Shown: in pieces, positions 1 through 8,975 of the stretch
Position numbering within the stretch: position 1 is the first letter of the stretch
Layout: every line of letters begins with the position of its first letter
Source: Polyangiaceae bacterium
Lineage (GTDB): Bacteria > Myxococcota_A > Polyangia > Polyangiales > Polyangiaceae
Assembly: GCA_035063585.1 (NCBI GenBank)
Contig: JAPSGB010000044.1
Location: 1 to 35,810 of the forward strand
Reading direction: 5' to 3'
DNA: 35,810 bases
Notes under the pieces: model-generated
What the model was told of the DNA's origin: nothing
Database searches by the model: none
What the model saw: only the letters and a program-made list of their open reading frames with translations
Translations under genes and position numbers: made by a program

Positions 1-120
1 GAGGGCCGTGGGAGGGGCGCTTGCTGGTCGTGGTCTGGGTCATGCGCGTTGGACGCGTCCCCCGCCGATGGATTCAACCCGCCTACGAAAATTCTCGCGC
101 CAGATGCGGGGATCCCTCAG
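1..120 (-). mobile_element. Terminal repeat, probable end of a multicopy insertion sequence (family not assignable)
   Basis: 2-120 is the exact reverse complement of 35692-35810. Read from the junction it begins CTGAGGGATCCCCGCATCTGG and holds an outward-reading ATG (MTQTTTSKRPSHGP...) that runs off the window. Confidence 0.6.
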
Positions 121-611
121 ATTGGAAACTGGACGAGATATTTTATCCGTGCGGGATCCAGTTCCGCGAGATATCTACGAGTGACTACACCGCGCCGCCT
201 GAGCACCCGGAGTGGATCACGCCTCCGCTGCGGGATTGCAATCATCGAGCGGTGAAGGACCTTGCATTCGACATCCCGCATGAACCCGGTCTACCCTTCG
301 TGTTCTTTCCGTACGCGACCCTCGGCGAGGACTGCCCTGACGTCGGGCTGGGAGTGTCATCGCCTGGCGAGTGGTCTGCGATCGCACTAAATTACGTGAC
401 CTCGGCGCCCCTCACGCTCGCCCATGAGCTGGGGCATCTCGTCGGGCTCGACGACGACCATGATTGCCAGACCGACCATTTGATGTGCGCGTATGAGAAT
501 CAACAGACAGCGATGATCCTTCCGCAGGACTGCACCAAAGCGCGACAGTACCTCGGCGGTCGTCGCGCGGGCTGGTTCAGGTTCTGGGGAGTGGAGGCCC
601 CTCGGCCATGA
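121..611 (+). pseudogene. 5'-truncated zinc metalloprotease (metzincin-like)
   Basis: HELGHLVGLDDD (HExxHxxGxxD) followed by a Met-turn-like HLM. The first ~33 codons of the listed ORF 21..611 are the terminal repeat, so the native N-terminus is missing. Confidence 0.65.
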
Positions 612-1609
612 TGTCAACGTGGCATTGGCTCCGGTGTCTGCCGCTCGTCTTGGGGCTGGCCAGCGTGGCCTGCGGCGGCAAGGCGAGCCTCGGAGAAGAG
701 CTCGACGGCGGAGGCGGCGCAGCCGGTGCAGCCGGTGCGCCAGCGATAGAGGACGCCGGGCTGGACCTCGGGCCCAACGAGTGGCCGTCATGCGGGGAAC
801 CGTTGCTGGTGTCCGGAGGGCCCGTCCGCGTGGGCCGCTGGTGGTACGACGAGGCAAGCAAGAAGTTCGACTACGCCACGCGGTGCAAGATCTCTTCTCC
901 GCCCTCGGGGACGAGCAAGCGGATGATCGTCAAGAGCTTCGATCTCTCGAGCGTTCCCGCCACGAATCGCTGCTACAAACAGTGCGTTCGCGAAGGCGCG
1001 TGCAGCGTGCCGGTGGACGATGTGGAGAACCCCGACCCCTACGCCTGGTCGGATGAGGCCGCCTCGGACCTGCCGGTGGGGGTGACGCAGGCGCAGGCGG
1101 CGGCGTTCTGCAAGTGGCAAGGGGGCCGGCTGCCGACCTTGCCCGAGTTGCTCCGAGCGGCCCAGGCGGACGACGAGACGGCGCCCGGGATCGCGTCGCT
1201 CACGTTTGCCACCGCGGCATGCGCTGAGCACGACCCTTCGGCCGATCCGGAGCTCTGTCAGCAGCTCGCCCGGATGCGCTTTGGCCACTACCCGTATCAA
1301 TCGCTCTACCCGGTCGGGCTTCAGCGGTTCGATGTCGGGCCGTTCGAGCATCGCGATCTCTTCGGTCTGCCGAGCTGGACGTCGAGCTCGTTTGGAACCG
1401 GGGCCACCTCGGAGCTGTGCAAGGAGCGTGACGGGCAACCCGCCCCCGGCCCGGACACTTCACCCAACGGAACCTATTTTTGCCTGGGTCTCGCCGAGGT
1501 CGCGGCGCGGCTCGTCGAGGACCCGGGCATACAGCATGGGCCCACCATGCTCGGGCCTCACCAGACCCCGAAGTACTGGAGCGGGGTGCGATGCGCCTTC
1601 GACCGGTAG
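608..1609 (+). CDS. Lipoprotein with formylglycine-generating-enzyme (FGE-sulfatase/SUMF1)-like domain
   Basis: Lipobox-like SVAC; motifs YKQCVREGAC, AAAFCKWQGGRLPTLPE and C-terminal GVRCA; ATGA overlap with the upstream ORF. Confidence 0.75.
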   Translation: MMSTWHWLRCLPLVLGLASVACGGKASLGEELDGGGGAAGAAGAPAIEDAGLDLGPNEWPSCGEPLLVSGGPVRVGRWWYDEASKKFDYATRCKISSPPSGTSKRMIVKSFDLSSVPATNRCYKQCVREGACSVPVDDVENPDPYAWSDEAASDLPVGVTQAQAAAFCKWQGGRLPTLPELLRAAQADDETAPGIASLTFATAACAEHDPSADPELCQQLARMRFGHYPYQSLYPVGLQRFDVGPFEHRDLFGLPSWTSSSFGTGATSELCKERDGQPAPGPDTSPNGTYFCLGLAEVAARLVEDPGIQHGPTMLGPHQTPKYWSGVRCAFDR

Positions 1610-1871
1610 CTGGTGGGGTCGGGTCCTGCGCTCGAGTTGCGCTCGCCCCGGCCGCGGCACCTGGTTCTCTAGTCGCGATGGCATGACCTTGGGGGGCGCT
1701 CGGTGTCTTCGGCCCGACGAGCCTCGCGTGTCGTGCGCCGGCCGCGCTGCACCGACATCCGCAACGAGCGAGAGGTCGCCGGGCGGGGCGAACGAGCCAT
1801 TCGTGACGAGGCGTTCGAGGCCACTTTTCGATAGCAATTGCGAACTTTGCTGGATCTGCGATGCTTGTGTC

Positions 1872-2741
1872 ATGAGCGGGCTCCGGTGGGTGTGGGTCGC
1901 GAGTGTCTCCGCGCTGGTCGCATGCTCTTCCAGTGACCAGTTCACGTCGGGCGCGGGCGGCGCGGCGGGCAGCGTGAGCACCGGCGGCGCGGCGGGCAGC
2001 GTGAGCACCGGCGGCGCGGCGGGCAGCGTGAGCACCGGCGGCGCGGCGGGCAGCGTGAGCACCGGCGGCACGGCGGGCAGCGGCGGCGCGGCGGGCACCG
2101 TGAGCAGCGGCGGCGCGGCGGGCAGCAGCGGCGCGGCGGGCAGCAGCGGCGCGGCGGGCAGCAGCGGCGCGGCGGGCAGCGTGAGCACCGGCGGCGCGGC
2201 GGGCACCAGCGGCGCGGCGGGCACCAGCGGCGCGGCGGGCACCGGCGCCGTGGCGGGCACCGGCGGCGCCGGCGGGGCACAGTGCACGTGGGGTACGGCG
2301 AACGCGTGCCCGATCGGACAGTACTGCAACGCCTTCGGCTGCAACCAGGGACGCTGCGAGAACCTACCCAAAGAAGGGACTTCGCCAAACACCGTCTGCG
2401 GCTGTGACGGCCTCACGTACTGGAACGCCTCGGTAGCCGGTCGCCGAGGCGTCGCAGTGAAGGCCGAGGGCAAGTGCGCGAGCCCCACCACCTGCGGTGG
2501 ATTTACCAGCGCGGAGTGCCCGGAGGGCGCGGGCGCGGTGTGCGCCTACGACGTCGGAGACGTGCTGGGGTGCGTGGTGGACGACAAGAGTGGCGTCTGT
2601 TGGGTGCTGCCGGAGACCTGTCCCGCCCCGACGCCCGAGACGCGCAAGATTCGCCCGTGCGGTGCAGGGGCGTGTACCGAGGCATGCGCCGCGATCAAGA
2701 GCGGCCACGGTTGGTACTCGGACGTTACCTGCGGAGGGTGA
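1872..2741 (+). CDS. Lipoprotein with Gly/Ala/Ser/Thr repeat linker and Cys-rich Kazal-like domain
   Basis: ATG at 1872, signal [27 protein letters not shown] repeats and [11 protein letters not shown] (Kazal-like). Confidence 0.75.
   Translation: MSGLRWVWVASVSALVACSSSDQFTSGAGGAAGSVSTGGAAGSVSTGGAAGSVSTGGAAGSVSTGGTAGSGGAAGTVSSGGAAGSSGAAGSSGAAGSSGAAGSVSTGGAAGTSGAAGTSGAAGTGAVAGTGGAGGAQCTWGTANACPIGQYCNAFGCNQGRCENLPKEGTSPNTVCGCDGLTYWNASVAGRRGVAVKAEGKCASPTTCGGFTSAECPEGAGAVCAYDVGDVLGCVVDDKSGVCWVLPETCPAPTPETRKIRPCGAGACTEACAAIKSGHGWYSDVTCGG
1956..2276 (+). repeat. Coding tandem repeat (27-bp unit x4 exact, then degenerate 27-bp and 18-bp units)
   Basis: GGCGGCGCGGCGGGCAGCGTGAGCACC is exact at 1956, 1983, 2010 and 2037, followed by GGCGCGGCGGGCA(G/C)CAGC-type units. 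Confidence 0.95.
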
Positions 2742-2756
2742 GCGAGCGCCGCGCTG

Positions 2757-3293
2757 CTACTCCGCGAGCGCTGCGCCAGCGAGCGCGCCCTGCTGGCGGA
2801 GCGCTTCGTAGACGGCGATGGCGACCGCATTCGAGAGGTTGAGCGAGCGCACTCCGCCGAGCGTCGGGATCCCGACCACCGACTCGGGGCGCGCGGCGAG
2901 CAGCGCCTCGGGGAGCCCGACGCTCTCCTTGCCGAAGACCAGGGCGTCCCCCGGCTGGTAGCGGGCCTCGAGGTAGCTCCGGCGAGCCTTGCCGCTGAAG
3001 AGCCAGGCTCGGCTCGCGCCGCGGCCGGCAATTTCTAGCTCTGCCGCCGGCAAATCCGCGTGCTGGCGGACCTCGACCAGGTGCCAATAGTCGAGCCCCG
3101 CGCGCCGCACCGCGTGCTCGTCGATCCGGAACCCGAGCCGCCCGACCAGGTGCAGCGGGCAGCCGGTCGCCGCGCAGAGCCGCGCGATATTGCCGGTATT
3201 TGGCGGAATTTCTGGCTCCACCAGGACGACGTGGAGGAGTCCGGGGCGCGGCGGGGCGCGCAGCCGTTGGCGGAGGCTCGAGGGCTCGGTCAC
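2757..3293 (-). CDS. trmL: tRNA (cytidine(34)-2'-O)-methyltransferase, SPOUT family
   Basis: VLVEPEIPPNTGNIARLCAATG, RRAGLDYW, LVFGKESVGLP and RSLNLSNAVAIAVYEALRQ. Confidence 0.95.
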   Translation of the reverse strand: MTEPSSLRQRLRAPPRPGLLHVVLVEPEIPPNTGNIARLCAATGCPLHLVGRLGFRIDEHAVRRAGLDYWHLVEVRQHADLPAAELEIAGRGASRAWLFSGKARRSYLEARYQPGDALVFGKESVGLPEALLAARPESVVGIPTLGGVRSLNLSNAVAIAVYEALRQQGALAGAALAE

Positions 3294-3418
3294 CTCGCCC
3301 GGGTCTTAGCAGCCCGAGCGGCTCGCCGGGGGCTCGGATTCGCGCCTTACCCGCGCGCACTCCTTGACTGGCCCGTCTCGCCGCAAGTAGCCTCGCCCGG
3401 GCGGAGATTGGAACGGGA

Positions 3419-4546
3419 ATGAAGGCTCCCTTCGCAGCCCTGGCTGCTGGCTTGTTGGTGCTGACGGCTGCCGCCGGCGCTTCCGCCGATCCGATGGATC
3501 CGGCGCTGGAGCGGTTGGTGCTCGACCCGCGGTGCCACACCGGTGGCGCGCGCTTCGGCGCGTACAACGACGATCCCGCGAACCTCGCGGCCTTGGCGGC
3601 GGGCCCCGGCGGGCGGCGCTGGTGCGCTCCGGACGACGTCGCGTTCAAGAAGCTCGTCAATCAGTACGCCTTCGCGTTCGCGCCGACCGCGATGCACTCG
3701 GCGCGCACCACGGGGTTTGGCGGTTTCCACCTCTCCATCGAGGCCGACTACACGTCGATCGACGACGGCGCGCGCTACTGGCACGACGGCACGCAGGGCA
3801 CGGTCGATCCGAACAGCAACAAGGCCTCCGTCCGCAACACGAGCCCCGCCTCCGTCCTTCAGCTCTACTCGCTCAAGATCCGCAAGGGATTCGGGTTCGG
3901 GCTCGAGGTCATGGGCACGGTGGGCTTCATGCCGCAGTCGCGCCTCATGTCGGGCGGCGCGGACGTGCGGCTGTCGCTCCTCGAGGGTTTTCGAAAGGGG
4001 ATCCCCGGCATCCTGCCCGATCTCGCGGTCGGCGGCGGCGTGCGCACCATCACCGGTACGCCGGAGTTCCAGCTCACCACCGCCGCGCTCGACGTGCAGA
4101 TCTCGAAGCCCTTCCCGATCGCCGACGCGAGCGTCATCACCCCGTGGGTCGGCTTCCAGTACCTATGGATCTGGGGGGACTCCGGGCTCATCGATCTCAC
4201 CCCGGCGACCGATCCGGTGGGCTACTGCAACTACGGCGGCCAGAACGTGCCCGGCAATCCGGATCCTTCGAAGACGATCAATGACGGGCAGCCGGTGTGC
4301 GCGGGTGGCTCGCCGCTCGACTTCAACAACAACGTCGTCTTCGACCAGGTCCGCCTCGAGCGCCAGCGCCTCATCTTCGGTGCCAGCTATCGCTACGAGA
4401 TGGTGATGTTCGGCGCGTCGTTCATCACCGACATCGTCGATCCGGCCGACGCCCAGGCGGGGAGCAACGCCGAGAAGGACAAGAAAGATCTAGCGGGCGA
4501 GAAGCGCCAGTGGACCTTGGCGCTCGAGCTCGGCACGATCTTCTGA
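3419..4546 (+). CDS. Secreted hypothetical protein, putative outer-membrane beta-barrel
   Basis: Sec signal (…AAAGASA-D), alternating amphipathic strands and a C-terminal aromatic residue (WTLALELGTIF). Confidence 0.7.
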   Translation: MKAPFAALAAGLLVLTAAAGASADPMDPALERLVLDPRCHTGGARFGAYNDDPANLAALAAGPGGRRWCAPDDVAFKKLVNQYAFAFAPTAMHSARTTGFGGFHLSIEADYTSIDDGARYWHDGTQGTVDPNSNKASVRNTSPASVLQLYSLKIRKGFGFGLEVMGTVGFMPQSRLMSGGADVRLSLLEGFRKGIPGILPDLAVGGGVRTITGTPEFQLTTAALDVQISKPFPIADASVITPWVGFQYLWIWGDSGLIDLTPATDPVGYCNYGGQNVPGNPDPSKTINDGQPVCAGGSPLDFNNNVVFDQVRLERQRLIFGASYRYEMVMFGASFITDIVDPADAQAGSNAEKDKKDLAGEKRQWTLALELGTIF

Positions 4547-5025
4547 GCCTCGGGCTCCTCGCGCTCGGGTGCTCGGGGCCTCTGGCTTCGCCGTCGCGGC
4601 CGGCGGCGCGGCGCGCGGCTCCCGCGCAGCCCGCGCCCGTCGAGCAAGCGGCGCAGCCCGCGCTCGGCTCGCTCGAGGAGCTCGCCCGCGAAGCCGTGTC
4701 GCGCGGGCACGCCCCCGGGCGTTATCGCGTGCGCGTGGTCGGCGACGCGCGCGCGCGCCAGGCTTGGCGCGCCGGGGAGCGCGTGTTTCCGCCCGGCGCG
4801 GTGCTCGCCGCCGTCCACGTCGAGCTGAAGGGCGGCGCCCCCGGCCCGGTGCTCGTCATGACCAAGCGCGCGCCTGGATACTTTCCTGAAGGAAATGATT
4901 GGCAGTACTCGTTCGCGACGCCCGCTCTCCGCGCGCTCCGCAGCGGGCGGCTCGCCGACTGCGCGACGTGCCACGCGCTCGCGCCGGCGGACGGCGTGTT
5001 CGTCAGCGTAGCGCCGCCCCCATGA
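4510..5025 (+). CDS. Cytochrome P460/c'-beta family lipoprotein
   Basis: FPPGAVL, VLVMTKRAPGYFPEGNDWQY and a C-terminal CATCH heme motif; lipobox LALGC. The start (GTG 4510) is uncertain. Confidence 0.75.
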   Translation: MDLGARARHDLLSLGLLALGCSGPLASPSRPAARRAAPAQPAPVEQAAQPALGSLEELAREAVSRGHAPGRYRVRVVGDARARQAWRAGERVFPPGAVLAAVHVELKGGAPGPVLVMTKRAPGYFPEGNDWQYSFATPALRALRSGRLADCATCHALAPADGVFVSVAPPP

Positions 5026-5848
5026 GCGCCGCGGTCGAGAGCGCGAGCGCGGCGGCGACCACCGCGAGGGTGCGCCACACTGCGCTCCGCGCGGCGGCGC
5101 GCGCCTGGCGCGAGTCGAGCTGGTGCACGCCGCGCAGGTACGCGAGCGCGGCGCGGCGCGGAACGGTCATGCCGAGCGGCAGGGTGCGGAGCGCGGCGCG
5201 CGGGCCGTCGGCGACGGCGAGGATCACGAGCCCGAGCGGGAGCGTGACGAGATCCCAGCCGCACGCGTAGAGCCCGAACCGCAGGCCGCGCGCCCGGTGT
5301 GGGCGGGCGCCCTGCCGCTTCGCGCCCGCGTCGAGCGCGAGGCCGTGGACCGCGTGCAGCGCGACCATCAAGAGCGCGAGCCCGGGCACGCCGAGGATGA
5401 GCGCGCGCGCGATCTGCGCCGCGAGCGCGGCGTCGGCGAGCGCCGCCGTGGGCAGCCCGGGCGCGATGAGCAGCACGCCGGGGACCAGCGCGAGCGCGAG
5501 CCCGAGCGCGGCGGCGAGCTCGGCGCCCAGCGCGAACCCGAACGCCGCGCTCGCGTCGCCCTCCGGGAGCGCGCTGAAGAACGCCTGGTGCTCGCGCGTG
5601 GCGAGCCGCGCCGTCTGCCAGAGGCGCGCGAGCGCGCTCGCGCCTGGTCGCTCCCAGGGCACGACCGCGACCACGCCCGACGCGTGCGTGGGCTCGTCGA
5701 GCGTGGCGCAGCCCGGGCAGTCAGGATCGCCGCAGGTCGCGCAGACGACCGCCGCCGGCACCTCGACGAGGTCGAGCTCGGGCTCGCGCTCGTCGAGGCG
5801 CGCGCCCCGGTCCGAGCGCGCAGACTCGACGACTCCGGGCCCACGCAT
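5003..5848 (-). CDS. Hypothetical membrane protein with N-terminal Cys cluster
   Basis: CATCGDPDCPGC followed by VVPWE and several hydrophobic helices. Confidence 0.7.
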   Translation of the reverse strand: MRGPGVVESARSDRGARLDEREPELDLVEVPAAVVCATCGDPDCPGCATLDEPTHASGVVAVVPWERPGASALARLWQTARLATREHQAFFSALPEGDASAAFGFALGAELAAALGLALALVPGVLLIAPGLPTAALADAALAAQIARALILGVPGLALLMVALHAVHGLALDAGAKRQGARPHRARGLRFGLYACGWDLVTLPLGLVILAVADGPRAALRTLPLGMTVPRRAALAYLRGVHQLDSRQARAAARSAVWRTLAVVAAALALSTAALMGAALR

Positions 5849-5894
5849 GCCTCCGCGCTAGCACGGCCCGCCGCCCGGCGCGACGGCCGGCGGC

Positions 5895-6572
5895 TCAGTG
5901 GAGGACCTCGCCCGCGCTCGTGTCGCGACGGACGCGGCCGTGCGGGTCCTCCCAGGGCAGGGCCGGCAGATCGTCCACGCGCCCGCCGAACCGCACCGCC
6001 ACGATGAGCCCGACCATGCTCACGACAGCGCTCGAATAGAGCCCCCATCCCCAGGTGTAGTCATACGTCAGGTAGCGGCTCCCGCTCGAGGGCGGCAGCG
6101 CCACCAGCATGACGATTTCGCCGAGTGTCATCGCGGCGAACAGCGCGCACACCACGCGCGCGCCGCGCATCGCGCGGACCGTGCGGCGCGTCACGACCAG
6201 CGGGAGCATCACGAACCAGGCGACCGCGCCGCCCCAGAGCCAGCCTGCGCGCCCGCGCGCGAGATCGAAGCCCCGGTAGACGAGCTCGTTCGGCCGATGC
6301 AGCTCGACCCAGGGCAGGAAGAAGGCGCCGAGCCCGAGGAGCGCGAGGACGAAGAGCGCTCCGCGCCCGCGCCCCGCGTAAGAGAGCGGCAGCCGGCGAT
6401 CCTCGGGCGGGGTGACCAGCCCATCGGCGAGCTCGTCGTGCAGCGCGTCGAGCGACGGCGGGAGCCGCTCCATCGGCACCAGCGCGACGTCGCACTCGGG
6501 GCAGCGCTCGGACTCGCCGTCCTCGAACAACTCCCGGCAGAAGGGGCAAGCGACGAGGCGCGCCACCTGCAC
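5895..6572 (-). CDS. Hypothetical zinc-ribbon membrane protein
   Basis: CPFC…CPEC at the N-terminus, FFLPW motif and about 4 TM segments. Confidence 0.75.
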   Translation of the reverse strand: MQVARLVACPFCRELFEDGESERCPECDVALVPMERLPPSLDALHDELADGLVTPPEDRRLPLSYAGRGRGALFVLALLGLGAFFLPWVELHRPNELVYRGFDLARGRAGWLWGGAVAWFVMLPLVVTRRTVRAMRGARVVCALFAAMTLGEIVMLVALPPSSGSRYLTYDYTWGWGLYSSAVVSMVGLIVAVRFGGRVDDLPALPWEDPHGRVRRDTSAGEVLH

Positions 6573-6692
6573 AGCTTAGCCCAGGACGCCGGCCGCGCCG
6601 GACCAGCACCCCGCTTCCACGTTCGTGAATGACGCGCTGCGTTGTGCGCGCTCGGGACGGGTGGGACGGCGCGCGCCAGTCGGCTAGCCTCG

Positions 6693-7433
6693 ATGGGCGC
6701 CATGCGAGCCGCCGTCGCTGCCCTGTTCGGCCTGCCCGAAGACGCGCCGCATCTCGGCCGCGCGCTCACCCACCCGAGCTACGCGAACGAGCAGCCGAGC
6801 GTCGCCGACAACCAGCGGCTCGAGTTCCTCGGCGATGCCGTGCTTGGTTTCTGCGTGAGCGAGCTCTTGTTCGCCCGCTACCCCGGCGCGGACGAGGGCG
6901 TGCTCACTCGGCTGCGAGCTCAGCTCGTGAACGCGGACGCGCTGGCGCGCTGGGCGCGTCGCGCGGGCGTCGCGGCGGCGCTCCGTCTCGGGCGCGGCGC
7001 GGACTCGAGCGGGCTCCGCGACAGCACCAACGTCCTCGCCGACGCGGTCGAGGCGCTCATCGCCGCTTCGTACCTCGACGCCGGGCTCGACCCGGCACGC
7101 GCAGCTTGCGCGCGCATCGTCGAGCAGGAGCTCGCGATGCTCGAGGAGGGAGCGGCGAGCGATCCGAAGAGCGCGCTTCAGGAGCGCGTGCAGTCGGAGG
7201 GGCTCCCGGCGCCGACCTACGAGGTCGCCGACAGCGGTGGCCCCGCCCACGCTCGCTGGTTCTTGGTGCGCGTGCTGGTCGCCGGCGACTCGCTCGCCGA
7301 GGGCCGTGGGCGCTCGAAGCGCGCGGCCGAGCGGGCGGCGGCCGCCGCGGCGCTCGAGCTCCGCGCCGCCGCGAACGCGGACGGCGCGACCCCGCCCGAG
7401 CAGATATCGCCTGGAGAAGAGCAGCCAGCCTAG
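6693..7433 (+). CDS. rnc: Ribonuclease III
   Basis: RALTHPSY, NQRLEFLGDAVLG signature, LADAVEALIAA and a dsRBD (DPKSALQE…GRGRSKRAAE). The start could be 6693 or 6702. Confidence 0.95.
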   Translation: MGAMRAAVAALFGLPEDAPHLGRALTHPSYANEQPSVADNQRLEFLGDAVLGFCVSELLFARYPGADEGVLTRLRAQLVNADALARWARRAGVAAALRLGRGADSSGLRDSTNVLADAVEALIAASYLDAGLDPARAACARIVEQELAMLEEGAASDPKSALQERVQSEGLPAPTYEVADSGGPAHARWFLVRVLVAGDSLAEGRGRSKRAAERAAAAAALELRAAANADGATPPEQISPGEEQPA

Positions 7434-7443
7434 GAGCGCGATC

Positions 7444-7899
7444 ATGAGACAGCCTCGAACCCACCGTCCCGGCCTCGCCCGGAGCGTGTCCCGGCGCGCG
7501 TTTGCCGCGCTCACCTTCGCGCTCGCGGTCCTCGCGGTCGCGCCGAGCGCGTGGGCGGGCAGCTACCTCGATCGCGCCGCGCTCCTCATCGGACAGGCTA
7601 CTCGCGACGCGGACTACCTGCGCCGGCGCCTCACCGATCGCGAGCTCGCGCGCGTGGCGCACCAGTTGGCCGAGGCTCGGCTCGACGTCGCGAGCAAGAT
7701 GCAGATCCCGCCGGAGGTCGCCGCCGCGCACCCCCACGTGCTGCTCGTGCTGAGCAACTACGAGCGCGCGACCCGCTACGCCGAGGAGGGGCGCACCCAG
7801 CAGTTTCTCGTCTACCAGCAGAAGGCGCACGAGGAAGAGCGGATCCTGCGCGGCATCCTGAAGGAGCTCGGCTGGTCCTTGCCGAAGGATACGCCCTGA
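7444..7899 (+). CDS. Exported hypothetical protein
   Basis: ATG 10 nt after the rnc stop; signal peptide with SRRAF and PSAWA; helical mature region. Confidence 0.75.
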   Translation: MRQPRTHRPGLARSVSRRAFAALTFALAVLAVAPSAWAGSYLDRAALLIGQATRDADYLRRRLTDRELARVAHQLAEARLDVASKMQIPPEVAAAHPHVLLVLSNYERATRYAEEGRTQQFLVYQQKAHEEERILRGILKELGWSLPKDTP

Positions 7900-7900
7900 C

Positions 7901-8887
7901 TCAGCGCAGCCCGCGCTCGGTGCTCTCGGGTACCGGCTTGCCCGCGCCTCGGCGGCGAGGAACCTGACCCGGGCGAGCGCGCGTCGCGAGATCGCCGAAG
8001 CTCGTCACCGAGACGTAGTCGAGGAGCGCGTCATTGCGGTCGCGGACGCGCTCCTTCGTGAGCCGCGCGAGCAGCGCGTCGAGCGCGCCCTGGCTCCGCT
8101 CGCGAGCGAGGATCTGCCGGATCGAGCGGGCCTCCTGCTCGACGGAGCGCTCCACCGCGGGCATGCTGCCGCGCCGCCACACCACCGCCCAGCGCGGGCC
8201 CTCCGGCACTGGCTCCGGCACGAACTCGCCATCCTTCACCCGCGCCGCCGCCTCGTAGAGTGACGGCTCCACGCGCACGCGCGGCGTCTCGGTGCGGCCG
8301 TCCGGCTCGACGAAGCCCAGGTTTCCTTCACGCATCGCGGTCGCCTTGTCGAGCGACTTCTCACGACAGAGCGTGTCCCAGCGCTCGGGGGTCGTGAGCG
8401 AGCGCGCCTCCTTCAGGAGCTCGCGAGCCTCGGCTTCGCTCGCGACCAGGATGCGAGAGAGCCGGATGCGCGCCGGCGTGTCGAAGCGCGCGGAGTTCTC
8501 CGCGTAGTAGCGCCTTACATCATCGTCGCTGATGCTGTCCGGGTCCACGCGGAGCGTGCTCATCATGGCCGCGCGGAGCACGACCGTCACTCGGTCCCGC
8601 ATCGCCGGGTCCGCCTCGAGCTTCCGTCGCCGCGCCTCGGCCGTGAGCAGGAGCTCGGGCACGATGATCTCCTCGACGAAGCCGCGCCGCATCTCCTCCG
8701 GCGTCGCGCCGAAGGTGCGGAGCTGGTAGAGCGGCACGGCTCCGATCCGCTTCTCTAGCGCGCTCGCGGTCATCGTCTCCCCGCCGACGCTCACCACCAC
8801 CGGGTCGTTCGGCTCGGCACGGAGCGCGCTCGAGCCGAGCGCGATGGCGGCGAGGGCGAGCGCGAGGGTGAGCGCGAGCTTTCGCAT
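7901..8887 (-). CDS. Parvulin/PpiC-type peptidyl-prolyl isomerase (SurA/PrsA-like)
   Basis: Signal peptide MRKLALTLALALAAIAL, RIRLSRILVASEAEA, KSLD…REGNLGFV and VKDGEFVPEPV. Confidence 0.85.
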   Translation of the reverse strand: MRKLALTLALALAAIALGSSALRAEPNDPVVVSVGGETMTASALEKRIGAVPLYQLRTFGATPEEMRRGFVEEIIVPELLLTAEARRRKLEADPAMRDRVTVVLRAAMMSTLRVDPDSISDDDVRRYYAENSARFDTPARIRLSRILVASEAEARELLKEARSLTTPERWDTLCREKSLDKATAMREGNLGFVEPDGRTETPRVRVEPSLYEAAARVKDGEFVPEPVPEGPRWAVVWRRGSMPAVERSVEQEARSIRQILARERSQGALDALLARLTKERVRDRNDALLDYVSVTSFGDLATRARPGQVPRRRGAGKPVPESTERGLR

Positions 8888-8975
8888 GGCCACCGGACTT
8901 ACCTCGATTCGGCGGTCTCGTCGATCCGGCGCGTCCTCGTCGGGGACGGGTCCGGCGCTCGTCGCGCCCGGCGTC

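Noticed and set aside
21..120. Shared N-terminus MLVVVWVMRVGRVPRRW… of ORFs 21..611 and 35552..35791 as a shufflon or variable C-terminus system
   Set aside because: The shared peptide is just the repeat translated. On the right it is not in frame with the beta-helix gene, and no recombinase is present.
1610..1871. Possible ncRNA in the intergenic gap
   Set aside because: Only short scattered complementarities and no recognisable family motif, so there is not enough support.
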